From positions 1 through 64,000 of the IMG/VR virus record IMGVR_UViG_3300048694_001134: a stretch of DNA of 64,000 bases. The stretch is one strand, 5' to 3'. Within the stretch, counting starts at the first letter, position 1; each line of letters begins with the position of its first letter. Positions 8,324 to 19,626 of this stretch are shown here, piece by piece. The translations under genes were made by a program, and so were the position numbers. The stretch comes from a virus. The notes beneath the pieces are model-generated. The model had not been told where the DNA came from, did no database searches, and saw only the letters and a list, made by a program, of their open reading frames with translations.

Positions 8324-10110
8324 TGGCCAACACAAGTATTGATCTAGTTGGTTTAGATTTTGCTGCAATCAAAAGCAATCTAAAAAACTTTCTAAAGACA
8401 AACACACAATTCAAAGACGTAGACTTTGATGGAGCAAACATCAACGTTTTGCTCGATTTACTTTCGTATAACACGTACCTAAATGGCTACTATACAAATA
8501 TGGTTGCCAGTGAAATGTTTTTGGATTCCGCACAGTTACGGGATAGCATTGTCTCTCATGCAAAGGAATTGAACTATCTCCCTCGCTCTTTTGTCTCTTC
8601 AAAAGCAAAAATAACTGTTGACATAACACCAGGAACCACCGTATCGTCCGTTGCCGTTCCAAAATTTACTTCCTTTACTACTCGGGTTGGATCATCCACA
8701 TACACATTCTCAACAGATGAAGCGGTAGTATTGACAACATCTAACAATGGTGTGTTCTCTCTTGATGTTGATGTGTATGAGGGTAGTGTTATAACAGACA
8801 CATTTGTTGTTGATGGTGCAAACACCAATCAGCGATTTGTATTATCTAATCAAACTGTTGACACATCAAAGATTGATTTGGTCGTATATGAGGATAGCGG
8901 ATCGACGCAACTTACATACACGCAATCGTATGGTTTGATTGGAGTCAAAAATTCCTCGCAAGTGTTTTTTGTACAAGCAGCAGAGAATTCACAATACGAA
9001 GTGTTGTTTGGTGATAACGTTTTTGGTAGAAGACCAAAAAATGGCTCCTACGTTGTTGCTCGATATAGAGCTACATCAGGAGAACTGCCAAACGGGGCGA
9101 CACGGTTTGTTGTCGATGGACCTATCGATGGACATGCAAACGTTAGTGTTAGTGTAATAACGGCGGCTACTGGTGGTTCAGTTGCGGAGACAGTCGACTC
9201 AATTAGATTCAACGCGCCAAGAAGTTTCCAAGCACAAGATCGTGCAGTTACGTCATCGGATTACGAAACATTACTGAAGTCACGATTTGCTGATATTCAA
9301 ACAATAAGTGTGTTTGGAGGTGAAGAAGCAGATCCGCCGCAGTTTGGTAAAGTGTTCATATCTGTTGACGTTGCTGACGCTGACGGGGCGCCGGAGACGC
9401 GTAAGCAGGCGTATCTCGACTACATTCGAACAAAGACGCCACTTACAATTAACGTTGGGTTTGTTGATCCAGACTTCATGTACGTACGTGTAAATTCTAC
9501 AGTACTGTACAACGTCAACAATACAATGAAGACGTACTTGGATATTAAGTCACTGATACAGGCAGGGATCAGTGGATACAATCTCACTTCACTTTCTGAC
9601 TTTAAATCAACACTGTTTATCAGCGAACTTAGTGATGCAATAAACAACGCCGATACAAGTATCGTGTCCAATGATACAAAAATTAAACTTGTTCGTCGTG
9701 TAGTAATACCAACAAACAAAGCAACAAACATTGTAACGACGTTTGATAACCAGTTACAGACGGAAACAGGTGTAAAGCTAAAGGCGGATGAAATACACTA
9801 CGGTCATACACTGACAAGTTCAATTTTTAACGTAAACGGTATACCGTGCTTATTGGTTGATGATTCTCTCGGTAACATTTATGTTGGAACGCAGGCGGCG
9901 CAAGCAGTTAGCGTTGTGAGACCGGTGGGAACAATTGACTACGAGACAGGCAAAGTCGTCATCAGTGCTTTAACAGTTGATAGCTATGCTGGCAACTATA
10001 TTGAATTGCGCGCGACACCAAGAACACAAAACGTATCAAGCAAAAAGAGTACAATTTTACTTATAGATGATTACGATGTCGACGTTAACGTTGTAGGTAT
10101 CAAGAGATGA
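8323..10110 (+). CDS. gp6: Baseplate wedge subunit gp6
   Basis: LDF..IK.NL, EMFLDSAQLRDSIVSHAKELNYLPRS, QDRAVT..DY and PPQFGKVFI. Confidence 0.92.
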   Translation: MANTSIDLVGLDFAAIKSNLKNFLKTNTQFKDVDFDGANINVLLDLLSYNTYLNGYYTNMVASEMFLDSAQLRDSIVSHAKELNYLPRSFVSSKAKITVDITPGTTVSSVAVPKFTSFTTRVGSSTYTFSTDEAVVLTTSNNGVFSLDVDVYEGSVITDTFVVDGANTNQRFVLSNQTVDTSKIDLVVYEDSGSTQLTYTQSYGLIGVKNSSQVFFVQAAENSQYEVLFGDNVFGRRPKNGSYVVARYRATSGELPNGATRFVVDGPIDGHANVSVSVITAATGGSVAETVDSIRFNAPRSFQAQDRAVTSSDYETLLKSRFADIQTISVFGGEEADPPQFGKVFISVDVADADGAPETRKQAYLDYIRTKTPLTINVGFVDPDFMYVRVNSTVLYNVNNTMKTYLDIKSLIQAGISGYNLTSLSDFKSTLFISELSDAINNADTSIVSNDTKIKLVRRVVIPTNKATNIVTTFDNQLQTETGVKLKADEIHYGHTLTSSIFNVNGIPCLLVDDSLGNIYVGTQAAQAVSVVRPVGTIDYETGKVVISALTVDSYAGNYIELRATPRTQNVSSKKSTILLIDDYDVDVNVVGIKR

Positions 10111-13058
10111 GAGAAGTCGAGAAGTTCATATCGCCATTCGTAGAGTCTCAGTTTCCGGAATTTTACCGCTCTGAGGGTCCGCGCTTTATAGATTTTGTAA
10201 AGCAGTATTATGTTTGGATGGAACAAACAAACAACGCGTTGGGCGCTTCTCGCAGCTTGTTTAATATACGTGATATTGATAAGACATCCGACGAATTTAT
10301 CAATCACTTTAAAGAGAAATACATTAAGGGTCTTCCTCTCGATACGGAAATAGATTCGCGAAAGTTTGTTCGTAATGCTGTTGGATTGTATCACGTTAAG
10401 GGAACGGAGCTTGGCGTACAGTTTGTTATCCAAGGTCTTTTTAATCAAGAAGCAAAAGTAAAATACCCAGGTCAGGATGTTTTCAAGCTATCGGACGGTC
10501 AGTGGGTTGTACCTCGTTACCTTGAACTTACAACTACGGAACGCACAAAGCAGTACGTTGGTAAAGAGATCATTGGCAACACGACCGGCGCAAAAGCATT
10601 CTGTGAAAGCGTAATTAGACGCCGTATAGGGACAAAGTACGTCGATGTTATCTACTTGAGTAACATAAGAGGTGACTTTGCGACGGGGGAAATAATTACA
10701 ACAACGGTTGACCGTGTGCTTGCCAATGCTCCTGTTGTAATTGGTTCTCTGACAAATCTAGTGGTCCGAACTGGCGGAGCCTTGTTCAAGGTTGGTGATT
10801 TGTTTAACATTACATCATCTAACGGTAAGCAAGGAGTAGCCCGAGTAACAAGTGTTTCCGATCAGACAGGTAAAGTCACATTTATTTTTAAAGATGCTTA
10901 CGAGAGTGGCGGATGGGGGTACTCAAACACTGCTAACGTCGTTATTTCATCAAAAGTACTCGAAGTTGCAAATGGTCAAAACGCAAACTCATTGATAACA
11001 ACTTTCCAACGGTTTGAGGTTATCAACCAGTCCTTGGCAAACATAGCTTATACAACAGCATCCCCAAACAATAACAATTTCACCGTTGGTACGGTGATAG
11101 AAAACTATGACGGCAACGGTGTTGTGATTGCTAACGCTGTGATTGTTGGTATTGGAACGACAAACACAACGGCTGGTTATTTGGTCGTAGCTCCTCGTAC
11201 AGGCAACGTTGCTTCTTACGACACTACATTTGCAACGAGTGGTAATGGGACAACAGCTGTTATTACAGCATATTATGATCGCTCAGTCACGGCAAATGTT
11301 GTTGGTTATAACACCACTCATGTAGGTGTCAATCAAATAGTTGGCGGTGCGTTTGTTCCAACGCCATACGCAAGAATAACAGGAAGAGAAAGTAACACCT
11401 CATTTGCTGTATCAAACGTTAGTACCGGCTATGGTGCAACATTCTCAATAGGCGAGTTGACAGACGTAGAGACGGTGTTTTTAACGCCAGACTTCATATC
11501 AAGTAACAATACACAAAAGGTACGTTACGCTGGATACCAGTCAAAATATATTACTGTAAACGCAAACACGGACATTTCCAATACAACAGGAAGAATAACA
11601 CAAAACAACCACGGCTTTGCAAACGGCGAGTACGTCCTTTATCAAGTTGCTACTGGTAACTCTGCCATTGGCGGTCTCACGAGTGGCGGCGGATATTACA
11701 TTGCGCAGGCGAATGGATCGACGTTTAGATTGTCTACGACGCAGGCTGGCACAACTACAATTAACCTCACCTCAGGAAACACTGAGACAGGTCATACGTT
11801 TAATAGTATATACAACACGTCAAATAATTCTGGTATCAATCTCAACGGCAACAACTCAGGCGCCGCGCTACAATATGGTGTGCCACAAGCTCTGAGTACA
11901 GGCGACACAGCATATGGAGGTTTTGGATTTCCAAAATACCCAAGCTCAAACTTAGATAGTATTCTATTTGATGTGCTACGTTTTGAATCAAAAACTATTG
12001 GCTCTATTGCATCGTTGATTGGTATTGACCCAGGCGCCGAATACAATATGGACCCGTTTGTTGCAATTATTGAGCCACAGGTATCTGCGTACAATCATCA
12101 TGATATTGTTTTGACAGTAGATTCCGCAACAGCAACGGGCCGCTTTATTGCAAAAGAGCAAATACAGCAAGCACTTGATAGTGTCGGCCGTCAGATAACC
12201 GTTGTTTCGTTTAGCGGCGTGACGGCAAACGGTACTGTTACGGACACGCCTTTTATTGGTGAGCGTGTTTATCAGAAGTATCCAAACAATGCAATTCGTG
12301 CTGACGGTATCGTCAGTGAAGGTTTGTTATCGGGCGGCGCAGGTTCGTTTAAATTAAAGACTTTCTCTGGTGTTTTTGTAAATACGTCAAATAACTCAAC
12401 GAAACTATACTCACAAACCTCCAATGCTACGGCAAACGTTACTGCGGTGAGCAATGTAACAATAACTTCCAACGCGCGCGGTATTGTACAGGATACATCA
12501 AATACAACCGTGCTTCACATTAAAAGAATAACGCTCGAAAACACTTTTGTCGAGGGAAAGACAATTGTTGGCCGCACGTCAGGTGCGACAGCAAACGTTA
12601 CAGTAGTTGATGAAAATAGAACAACCGAGGTTATCGGTTTGAATGCAAACGTATCCGCAAACGTTCAGACTGCACTTGGTGTCGTGACGGATTTGAGCGT
12701 GCAGGATTCAGGTTTTGGTTACGTTGACCAAGAACTTGTCACGCTGACAAGCGAGGACAGCATTTATCAAGTGACAGCTGTTGCATTGTTGGAGAAGCAA
12801 GGCGTAGGATCTGGTTACTATGCTTCGACTGGTAGTTTTCTCGATGCAGATAAAAAGTTGCACGACAATGATTACTATCAAGAATACAGTTACGAAGTTG
12901 AAACAAAGGTGCCTTTTGATATGTACGTTGACGTGTTGAAAACAATAACACACGTCGCCGGTACAAAGATATTTGGTGCTGTAGAAAGCATATCACAAGC
13001 CACAATGCCGATGAGTGTCATTGTTGGTGATACGATAAATAAGATAGAAATAAGCTAA
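10107..13058 (+). CDS. gp7: Baseplate wedge initiator gp7-like, with large insertions
   Basis: N-terminal SQFPEFY...FIDFVKQYY, Y..KGT; C-terminal DNDYYQEYSYEV...THVAGTKIFG; between gp6 and gp8. Confidence 0.7.
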   Translation: MREVEKFISPFVESQFPEFYRSEGPRFIDFVKQYYVWMEQTNNALGASRSLFNIRDIDKTSDEFINHFKEKYIKGLPLDTEIDSRKFVRNAVGLYHVKGTELGVQFVIQGLFNQEAKVKYPGQDVFKLSDGQWVVPRYLELTTTERTKQYVGKEIIGNTTGAKAFCESVIRRRIGTKYVDVIYLSNIRGDFATGEIITTTVDRVLANAPVVIGSLTNLVVRTGGALFKVGDLFNITSSNGKQGVARVTSVSDQTGKVTFIFKDAYESGGWGYSNTANVVISSKVLEVANGQNANSLITTFQRFEVINQSLANIAYTTASPNNNNFTVGTVIENYDGNGVVIANAVIVGIGTTNTTAGYLVVAPRTGNVASYDTTFATSGNGTTAVITAYYDRSVTANVVGYNTTHVGVNQIVGGAFVPTPYARITGRESNTSFAVSNVSTGYGATFSIGELTDVETVFLTPDFISSNNTQKVRYAGYQSKYITVNANTDISNTTGRITQNNHGFANGEYVLYQVATGNSAIGGLTSGGGYYIAQANGSTFRLSTTQAGTTTINLTSGNTETGHTFNSIYNTSNNSGINLNGNNSGAALQYGVPQALSTGDTAYGGFGFPKYPSSNLDSILFDVLRFESKTIGSIASLIGIDPGAEYNMDPFVAIIEPQVSAYNHHDIVLTVDSATATGRFIAKEQIQQALDSVGRQITVVSFSGVTANGTVTDTPFIGERVYQKYPNNAIRADGIVSEGLLSGGAGSFKLKTFSGVFVNTSNNSTKLYSQTSNATANVTAVSNVTITSNARGIVQDTSNTTVLHIKRITLENTFVEGKTIVGRTSGATANVTVVDENRTTEVIGLNANVSANVQTALGVVTDLSVQDSGFGYVDQELVTLTSEDSIYQVTAVALLEKQGVGSGYYASTGSFLDADKKLHDNDYYQEYSYEVETKVPFDMYVDVLKTITHVAGTKIFGAVESISQATMPMSVIVGDTINKIEIS

Positions 13059-13067
13059 TTTAAAAAT

Positions 13068-14825
13068 ATGACCCAGTTAATTACAAACTATTTCAGACTC
13101 CACAACGTAAAACAGTTCCGCGAGTCAATTAACGAAACAGCCAATAGCACGTACTATGTGTTTGCGGGTCAGCACGTGCCTTTTACCGGTGACGTTGTTC
13201 CGTCTATCACTAACAGCGTTGATAGTACTTTGTACCATGCTTATGATGAAATGATTTTTGGTAAGCGTGTAACCGTGAACGATGTTGCTGCTGTAGTGCC
13301 ACGTCACAACTGGACATCGGGCGAAGTGTATACACCATATAGAAGTGATTTGTCATTGGCGGATAAACCGTTTTACGTTTGTGTAAATGCAGCCTCAGAG
13401 TATCATATTTTTAAATGTCTTGATAATAACGGGGGAGCAAACTCGACAGCACAGCCTACCCGTTCTGAGACAAATCCCGACGATGAGTACTACAGTACCC
13501 AAGACGGATACGTGTGGAAGTATATGTACTCCGTAGACAGTACAACGTTTGCAAAGTTTGCAACACAAGATTTCATGCCTGTCGTGCCAAACGCAAACGT
13601 CGTAGGTAACGCGGTATCAGGTGCTATAGATGTGGTTACACTTAGCTACCGCGGATCTAACTACAATACCTATCTGACGGGAACATTTACATCGCCTGAT
13701 CTACGTGTTGGTGGTAACCCGCTGTACTATAACATAGCAAATACAGCTTCCGCTGCTGGTAACTTTTATAATGGAAGCTTTATGTATATTATATCCGGTA
13801 CGGGCCAAGGTCAAGGTCGCCGTATTGTAAACTATACAGTTTTGGGTAATTCGAAGACAGTAGAGATTGAGTCTGCGTTCAATATCAATCCTGATACAAC
13901 GTCGGTATATGAAATAACACCATATGTTATTGTAACAGGTGACGGAACAAACGCTGTTGCGCGCGCTCTTGTTAATACATCTGCAGCAAATAGCATCTCA
14001 CAGATAGAGATTATTAGTCGCGGCCGTGGTTACACTTATGCCTCTGCTATTGTTACTGGTAACACGGGTGGTGTGCAAAACGCAGCTGTGCTAAGTGTCG
14101 TGATGGGTCCAAAAGGCGGTCATGGATCTGATCCGGAATATGAGCTAGGAGCTTCATCACTTCTTCTAAGTGTAAAGTTTGAAAATAGTGAAGGTGCAAC
14201 AATACCTACGTACAATGGATACAGAACAATTGGTATTTTGAAAGACCCGTTATTTGCAAACGTCGAACTAACCTTTAACAGTCTGACAGGTGCCTTCAAT
14301 ATAGGAGAGACGGTCCAACAGGCAAACAGCTTGGCAACGGGCGTAGTCACTTCGTTTGATGGTCTGAATACGCTTGGGTTGACAAATGTGTATGGCACAT
14401 TCATAAGTAGCGCAGTGGTAACAGGCGCTAACTCATCTGCCACGTGTAATGTTGTATCTTACACAATAAACGGTCAGTCAAAATCGTTTACAACGTTTGA
14501 TCAGCGTCGACGTTATGCCTACACAATGCTGTCTGGTAGCCAGTTTACACAAAATGAGTATGTGTATCAGACAGATTCACAGCTAGCTAATGCAATTTTC
14601 CATGGCAGTACGTCAACAAATCTTTATTTGACGCACCTAAAAGGCACAATAAATACAGGGAATAGTATTATCGGCGTGACGAGTGGGGCTTCGGCAAACG
14701 TAACAACCTCATACCCACCCGATGTTGTTGTTGGTTCAGGTGAAGTGATTTATTTGGAGAACACAGACGCAATAACGCGCTCAAATACCCAATCAGAAAC
14801 AATCAAAATTATTTTGAGTTTTTAA
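13068..14825 (+). CDS. gp8: Baseplate wedge subunit gp8
   Basis: FYV.......IFKCLDNNGG, DGYVWKYMY, P.GGHGSDP..EL and SGEVIYLEN...I.R...QSETIKIIL.F. Confidence 0.85.
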   Translation: MTQLITNYFRLHNVKQFRESINETANSTYYVFAGQHVPFTGDVVPSITNSVDSTLYHAYDEMIFGKRVTVNDVAAVVPRHNWTSGEVYTPYRSDLSLADKPFYVCVNAASEYHIFKCLDNNGGANSTAQPTRSETNPDDEYYSTQDGYVWKYMYSVDSTTFAKFATQDFMPVVPNANVVGNAVSGAIDVVTLSYRGSNYNTYLTGTFTSPDLRVGGNPLYYNIANTASAAGNFYNGSFMYIISGTGQGQGRRIVNYTVLGNSKTVEIESAFNINPDTTSVYEITPYVIVTGDGTNAVARALVNTSAANSISQIEIISRGRGYTYASAIVTGNTGGVQNAAVLSVVMGPKGGHGSDPEYELGASSLLLSVKFENSEGATIPTYNGYRTIGILKDPLFANVELTFNSLTGAFNIGETVQQANSLATGVVTSFDGLNTLGLTNVYGTFISSAVVTGANSSATCNVVSYTINGQSKSFTTFDQRRRYAYTMLSGSQFTQNEYVYQTDSQLANAIFHGSTSTNLYLTHLKGTINTGNSIIGVTSGASANVTTSYPPDVVVGSGEVIYLENTDAITRSNTQSETIKIILSF

Positions 14826-14834
14826 GAGAAAAAG

Positions 14835-17800
14835 ATGCCATTAGAAAAATCTTATAACATAAGTCCGTACTTTGACGATTTCAACCAGGCAAAAGACTTT
14901 TATAAAGTACTTTTTAAGCCTGGTGTTGCTGTTCAGACACGCGAACTTAACCAGCTTCAAACGCTGCTTCAAAGCCAGATCGAGCGGTTTGGGGACCACG
15001 TTTTTAAGTCTGGCACGATTGTCAGCGGTGTCAACTTTTCTTATATTCCTGTTTATAACTATGTGAAGATTCTTGACGTACAGGGTGATGGCCAACCGTC
15101 TGTGCCTCAAGCATATGTCGACTATTTTATCAAGAGCGGTCTTAACCTAACAGCGCGTATTGTTAACTATGAAGATGGTCTTGAGTCGCGCACGCCCGAC
15201 TTGAAGACGCTGTATCTACAATACATAAACAGCTCTGATCCCGACACTTCAAACGGTAATATCTCCTACACGCAGTTTGCACCTGGCGAAACGCTAACAA
15301 TCTTTAGCAAAAATAACGAAATCTTTAAGTACAACGTTCAGAGTGGTGGTCTTGGGTTTGCAAATGCTGACTCCCTTGTCATCATGAGCGCTATTGGTAT
15401 TTCTGGCAACTCAGGCGCTTTTAATGCTGGTGATACGATTACACAAGCCGGCGGTGCACGTGCGCAGATTCTCTACGTTAATACAACAATTGTTTCAAAC
15501 ACAGTCGTCTTGGGCGTTAAGCCGCTGCTTGATGATTTGACAAATACCGCTGTTACATCTACAGCGTGGACATTACAGAAAGGCGTCAACGTTGTCGATG
15601 CAAACACCTCTGCAACAGCAAACGTCGTGGCAATATACGGATCTGGTGCGCAGGGTTATTTAACAACGGATGCGTTGGGTATTGTGCAATCGATTGCGGT
15701 TGCGGACGGTGGTAGTGATTATACAATCCTTCCTCACGTGACCATCAAAACAGCAAACGCAGTTGCATCCTACTCAAACCCCTCTTTAAATGTAGTACCA
15801 CAAAACTATAAAACAACAATTACCGTTGGTAACAACTCAATCAATTCAGTTGGCACGGGTTATGCTTTTGGTGTTTCAGAGGGTGTTATCTACCAAAAGG
15901 GACACTTCCTCCGCGTTGATCCACAAATCATAGTTGTGGATAAGTTTACAACATCACCAAACAACGTATCTGTTGGTTTCAATACTGTTGAAACAGTAAT
16001 AACGGCAAGCAGTGATGATACGTTATATGACAACGCCTCAAACACGACAAACTTTGCAGCACCAGGTGCTGATCGTTTGCAGTTGGTTCCTAAACTTATT
16101 AAGAAAACAATCGATGAGGCTTCAGCAAACGCAGAGTTCTTCGTTCTTGCTGAATGGAAAGAAGGATTCCCTTATAAAGAAAATCGTTCGACGGTGTATT
16201 CAGGGCTAGCAGAAGAATTTGCTAGACGTACGCGTGAATCGGCTGGTGATTATGTCGGTGATATGTTCAGCGTTACAACGCGCGATAAGAATGTAGCAAA
16301 CAATAACTATATCAACGTTTTAATTGATCCGGGGTTTGCTTACATTAGTGGATACCGTGTATCAACATCATACAACAACTATCTCGATATCAAGCGCTCG
16401 CAGACGACCTCGAATTCAAGCAACCACAGTGTTACGGTCAACTATGGTAACTTCCTTTATGTGAAGGAACTAGCAGGCTTCTTTAAGTTCATAGCCGGCG
16501 ACACGGTTGAGCTTTACAATACGGCAAAGGGATACGTCACTGCCGGTACAATGACAACAAGCGGAAGCATTACTCCTCAAGGTACAAAGATTGGTACAGC
16601 TCGTATACGAAGCATTATGTACGACAGTGGTGTAATGGGTACGGCTTCTTGTGTGTATCGTTTGTATCTGTTTGATATCAACATCAGTGCTGGTTACACG
16701 TTCCGTAATGTGCGTTCTGTGTTCTATAACGGTACACCGGAAGATGGTATTTGTGACGCCGTTCTTGTGCAAGATCCTACGACAAGTACAAGCATTGCGG
16801 TACTACAAGACACAGCAAAAGATCAAATGCTGTTCCCTGTGGGTATCACGGGCGTTACTTCTATTGACAACGTCACCTACACATATAGAACAGCATCTAA
16901 TACGTCCCTGACATCGTCAGGTAATATGAGTATTGGTCCTCTTGGTGGTACTGCTGAACATCCATATACACACGGCGCAACGCTCTCTTCCGTAGAAGAG
17001 CGTGATCTGTTCCTTATTCCTCAGTCAAACAACCAAGCGGCAGCAAACCAAACAGGAACATTTACTGTCACGGCAGGTTCAGCGAACGTAACAGGTACAA
17101 CCGCTGGATGGACAGCTAATTTTGAACCTGGCGATTTTATTCGTCTAGGTAACACATCAACAGCAAACGACACGGCATCTGCACGTGTTGTTGGCCAGGT
17201 CAATGCTATTATTAACAGCACGGCTGTTTCGCTTGTCACAGCACCATCCAACTCCGTCACGGGCAATGCTGTACTTTTCTTCCCCGCACTCTATCCAATC
17301 AATCTTGGTCGTACGGGAAGAACAGCAACAAATTCCTCCGATGGAAAAACGCTTACCATTAACGTCAACGCGAGCCTGGCCAGTACAGTAAATGCTATTG
17401 CTATTCACAACGTACGACAAGCAAACGCAACGCCTGTGTCAAAAACAGTTAAGCGTAATTTGTATGTAAAGATTGATACAGCAACAAACGTTAACGGTGT
17501 TGAGGGCCCATGGTCGCTTGGTATACCTGGCGTGTTCCGTTTAAAAAATGTTTACAAAGCATCGAACTCTTCTGTAACTACATCAAGCACGGATGTGACA
17601 AAATACTTCTCCGTTGATGTTGGTGAAGAAGAAAATGCATCTCGCAACGCTCAATTAGTTCTTAATATTGGCGCACCGCTGACCATTACATCTGGCGACT
17701 TTCTGCTTGCCGAGGTTGATGCGTTTACAACGAACGGTAATGAGGGATTCTTTACATTTAACTCTTACACAGTTAATGCTACAGCAAACCTGACGCAACT

Positions 17801-19625
17801 ATCTGCAAACTCATCTGCCATTAACCTCCTTGAGTTGCCAGAGGTGTGCACAACAAAGGGCGTGTACTTTGATACACGTGATGTGATTGATTTCCGTCCA
17901 TTTGCTTCAAACACTGCTGCGCTTGCCAACACCGTTGGGTCAGCAACGGTGAATCCGGCAAACACGTTTGCTCTAAGTGGAGATAATCAGTTCTTCCCTG
18001 TTCCTGACTCTGTTGTCTCTTTCAATGTTCAATTTTATAACGGTAGAGTTGATAGAGTGGTTGCGCGGAAAGATGGTACGTTTGAGGTATTAGAGGGAGC
18101 GCCAGCTCCTACAAATCCCGTTGCCCCGCCGGAACAACGCGATTCAATGACGCTTTCTATTTTGAAGGTTCCTCCATACCCTTCAATTCCTTCTGCGTTG
18201 AATTCGTTTACAACAGAGTTTGCAGCCAAGCGAACATACAGTCCTAACGGTAGCGTAAACAAGCGCCTTAGCAATTTCCGCGTAACACAAGTACGTGCAC
18301 GCGATTCGCGTACATCACAACCACGTCGTTACTCAATGAAGGACATTGGCGCTCTTGATCGTCGCTTACAAGCTGTTGAATATCAAACTTCCTTGAACCA
18401 AGTTGAAGCAGCCGTAAAAGAGTTGACAATTCCAAGCGCAATTGCTCCAACGACAAATAGATTCAAAAACGGTTTCTTTGTTGATACATTTGATAATTAT
18501 ACAAAGGTTGATACAACACACAAAGAATACGCTGCGACAATTGATCAAGGCCGCGGTTTCTTGAAACCGCCAACAAGACAAGTGAACTTTGAGTCGCAGT
18601 TTGATCGCTCTCATGCAAATACAGCGGCTGGTATTGTTAATGGTGACACGTTGATGCTACCGTTCACATCAGTTGTTCTTGTTGATCAAAGCATTAAGAG
18701 TAGTGTTATCGGAACGACAGGCCAAAAGTTGCAGTTTGTCGGTGATGGTACAATTACTCCTTCTGCCTTTTCCATCCTTGCACGTGGTGAGGTCACACTT
18801 GTTGCAGACCCTTCGCCAGCCTCATATGATGGTGGTGGGTACTCAGACAACGGCGGCGGTGGTATGTCAGGGGAAGGTACTGCTGCTGACGGATCAAGTA
18901 GTGACGGTGGTGGCGGTGGCGGCGGTGGCGGCTGTTTCACAGCAGACACCTTAGTAACGTTGTTTGATAGAACACAGAAACGCATTGCTGATATTGTCGT
19001 GGGTGATCTTGTTCTTGATGCGTTTAGCAATACACCAAACAAGGTTATTGGTATCAAGACAACAGAGTACAAAGCTGGTCGTCAGTTGTTCACAACAAAT
19101 GATAAGTATGCACCATATATTACAGAGGAACATCCGTTCTTCGATAATGAAGGAAGTCTGTGCGCTATTTCTGACGTGTGTGAATATCAAGCACCATGGC
19201 TTGGTCCCGTCAAGATCGTTGAGGTTGCAAAAGTAGTTGACGTGGAAGCGCCTATTACGGTTTATAACCTAATGCTCGAAAACGGGTTCACTCACTATGC
19301 AAATGGTCAAAAGGTTCACAACATCGTCGGTAACGGCAATATGTTTATCCTGAATATGCGCGGTTGGCTGTCTGAGGAAGACTACAAAGGATACATTACG
19401 CTCCTGGAGGATGCGGGTGAACTTGATGCATGGCCAGCCTCGGCTAAGGCACGTATGTACAATATTACCGCAGCAATAAATACTTTTGTCTTGCGTAATG
19501 ATAACATACTTGGAAGAGTTGTTGGTAAGAGCGTTGCCTGCGCGGTCAAACACAGAGAAAAGTTACTCCCTGTGTTTGGTCTGTGGTTCCGTTCCGGTGT
19601 TCGTAAAATGATATTTGGAAAGTGA
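14835..19625 (+). CDS. Large VrlC/DUF4815-like virion structural protein (N-terminal part) with a C-terminal Hint domain
   Basis: PYFDDF...FYKVLFKPG.AVQTRELNQLQ, APGADRL, IDFRP, RYSMKDIGALDRR and NRFKNGFFVDTF; then a poly-Gly linker and CFTADT...VHN. Confidence 0.8.
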   Translation: MPLEKSYNISPYFDDFNQAKDFYKVLFKPGVAVQTRELNQLQTLLQSQIERFGDHVFKSGTIVSGVNFSYIPVYNYVKILDVQGDGQPSVPQAYVDYFIKSGLNLTARIVNYEDGLESRTPDLKTLYLQYINSSDPDTSNGNISYTQFAPGETLTIFSKNNEIFKYNVQSGGLGFANADSLVIMSAIGISGNSGAFNAGDTITQAGGARAQILYVNTTIVSNTVVLGVKPLLDDLTNTAVTSTAWTLQKGVNVVDANTSATANVVAIYGSGAQGYLTTDALGIVQSIAVADGGSDYTILPHVTIKTANAVASYSNPSLNVVPQNYKTTITVGNNSINSVGTGYAFGVSEGVIYQKGHFLRVDPQIIVVDKFTTSPNNVSVGFNTVETVITASSDDTLYDNASNTTNFAAPGADRLQLVPKLIKKTIDEASANAEFFVLAEWKEGFPYKENRSTVYSGLAEEFARRTRESAGDYVGDMFSVTTRDKNVANNNYINVLIDPGFAYISGYRVSTSYNNYLDIKRSQTTSNSSNHSVTVNYGNFLYVKELAGFFKFIAGDTVELYNTAKGYVTAGTMTTSGSITPQGTKIGTARIRSIMYDSGVMGTASCVYRLYLFDINISAGYTFRNVRSVFYNGTPEDGICDAVLVQDPTTSTSIAVLQDTAKDQMLFPVGITGVTSIDNVTYTYRTASNTSLTSSGNMSIGPLGGTAEHPYTHGATLSSVEERDLFLIPQSNNQAAANQTGTFTVTAGSANVTGTTAGWTANFEPGDFIRLGNTSTANDTASARVVGQVNAIINSTAVSLVTAPSNSVTGNAVLFFPALYPINLGRTGRTATNSSDGKTLTINVNASLASTVNAIAIHNVRQANATPVSKTVKRNLYVKIDTATNVNGVEGPWSLGIPGVFRLKNVYKASNSSVTTSSTDVTKYFSVDVGEEENASRNAQLVLNIGAPLTITSGDFLLAEVDAFTTNGNEGFFTFNSYTVNATANLTQLSANSSAINLLELPEVCTTKGVYFDTRDVIDFRPFASNTAALANTVGSATVNPANTFALSGDNQFFPVPDSVVSFNVQFYNGRVDRVVARKDGTFEVLEGAPAPTNPVAPPEQRDSMTLSILKVPPYPSIPSALNSFTTEFAAKRTYSPNGSVNKRLSNFRVTQVRARDSRTSQPRRYSMKDIGALDRRLQAVEYQTSLNQVEAAVKELTIPSAIAPTTNRFKNGFFVDTFDNYTKVDTTHKEYAATIDQGRGFLKPPTRQVNFESQFDRSHANTAAGIVNGDTLMLPFTSVVLVDQSIKSSVIGTTGQKLQFVGDGTITPSAFSILARGEVTLVADPSPASYDGGGYSDNGGGGMSGEGTAADGSSSDGGGGGGGGGCFTADTLVTLFDRTQKRIADIVVGDLVLDAFSNTPNKVIGIKTTEYKAGRQLFTTNDKYAPYITEEHPFFDNEGSLCAISDVCEYQAPWLGPVKIVEVAKVVDVEAPITVYNLMLENGFTHYANGQKVHNIVGNGNMFILNMRGWLSEEDYKGYITLLEDAGELDAWPASAKARMYNITAAINTFVLRNDNILGRVVGKSVACAVKHREKLLPVFGLWFRSGVRKMIFGK
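18933..19322 (+). other. Hint (intein-like autoprocessing) domain, 130 aa, no homing endonuclease
   Basis: Block A CFTADTLV, block B ITEEHPF, block F/G VYNLML...HYANGQKVHN; the +1 residue is Ile. Confidence 0.88.
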
Positions 19626-19626
19626 A

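Noticed and set aside
18933-19322. Canonical splicing intein / mobile element
   Set aside because: The +1 residue is Ile, there is no homing endonuclease, and it follows a poly-Gly linker rather than interrupting a conserved motif. Treated as a cleaving Hint domain.
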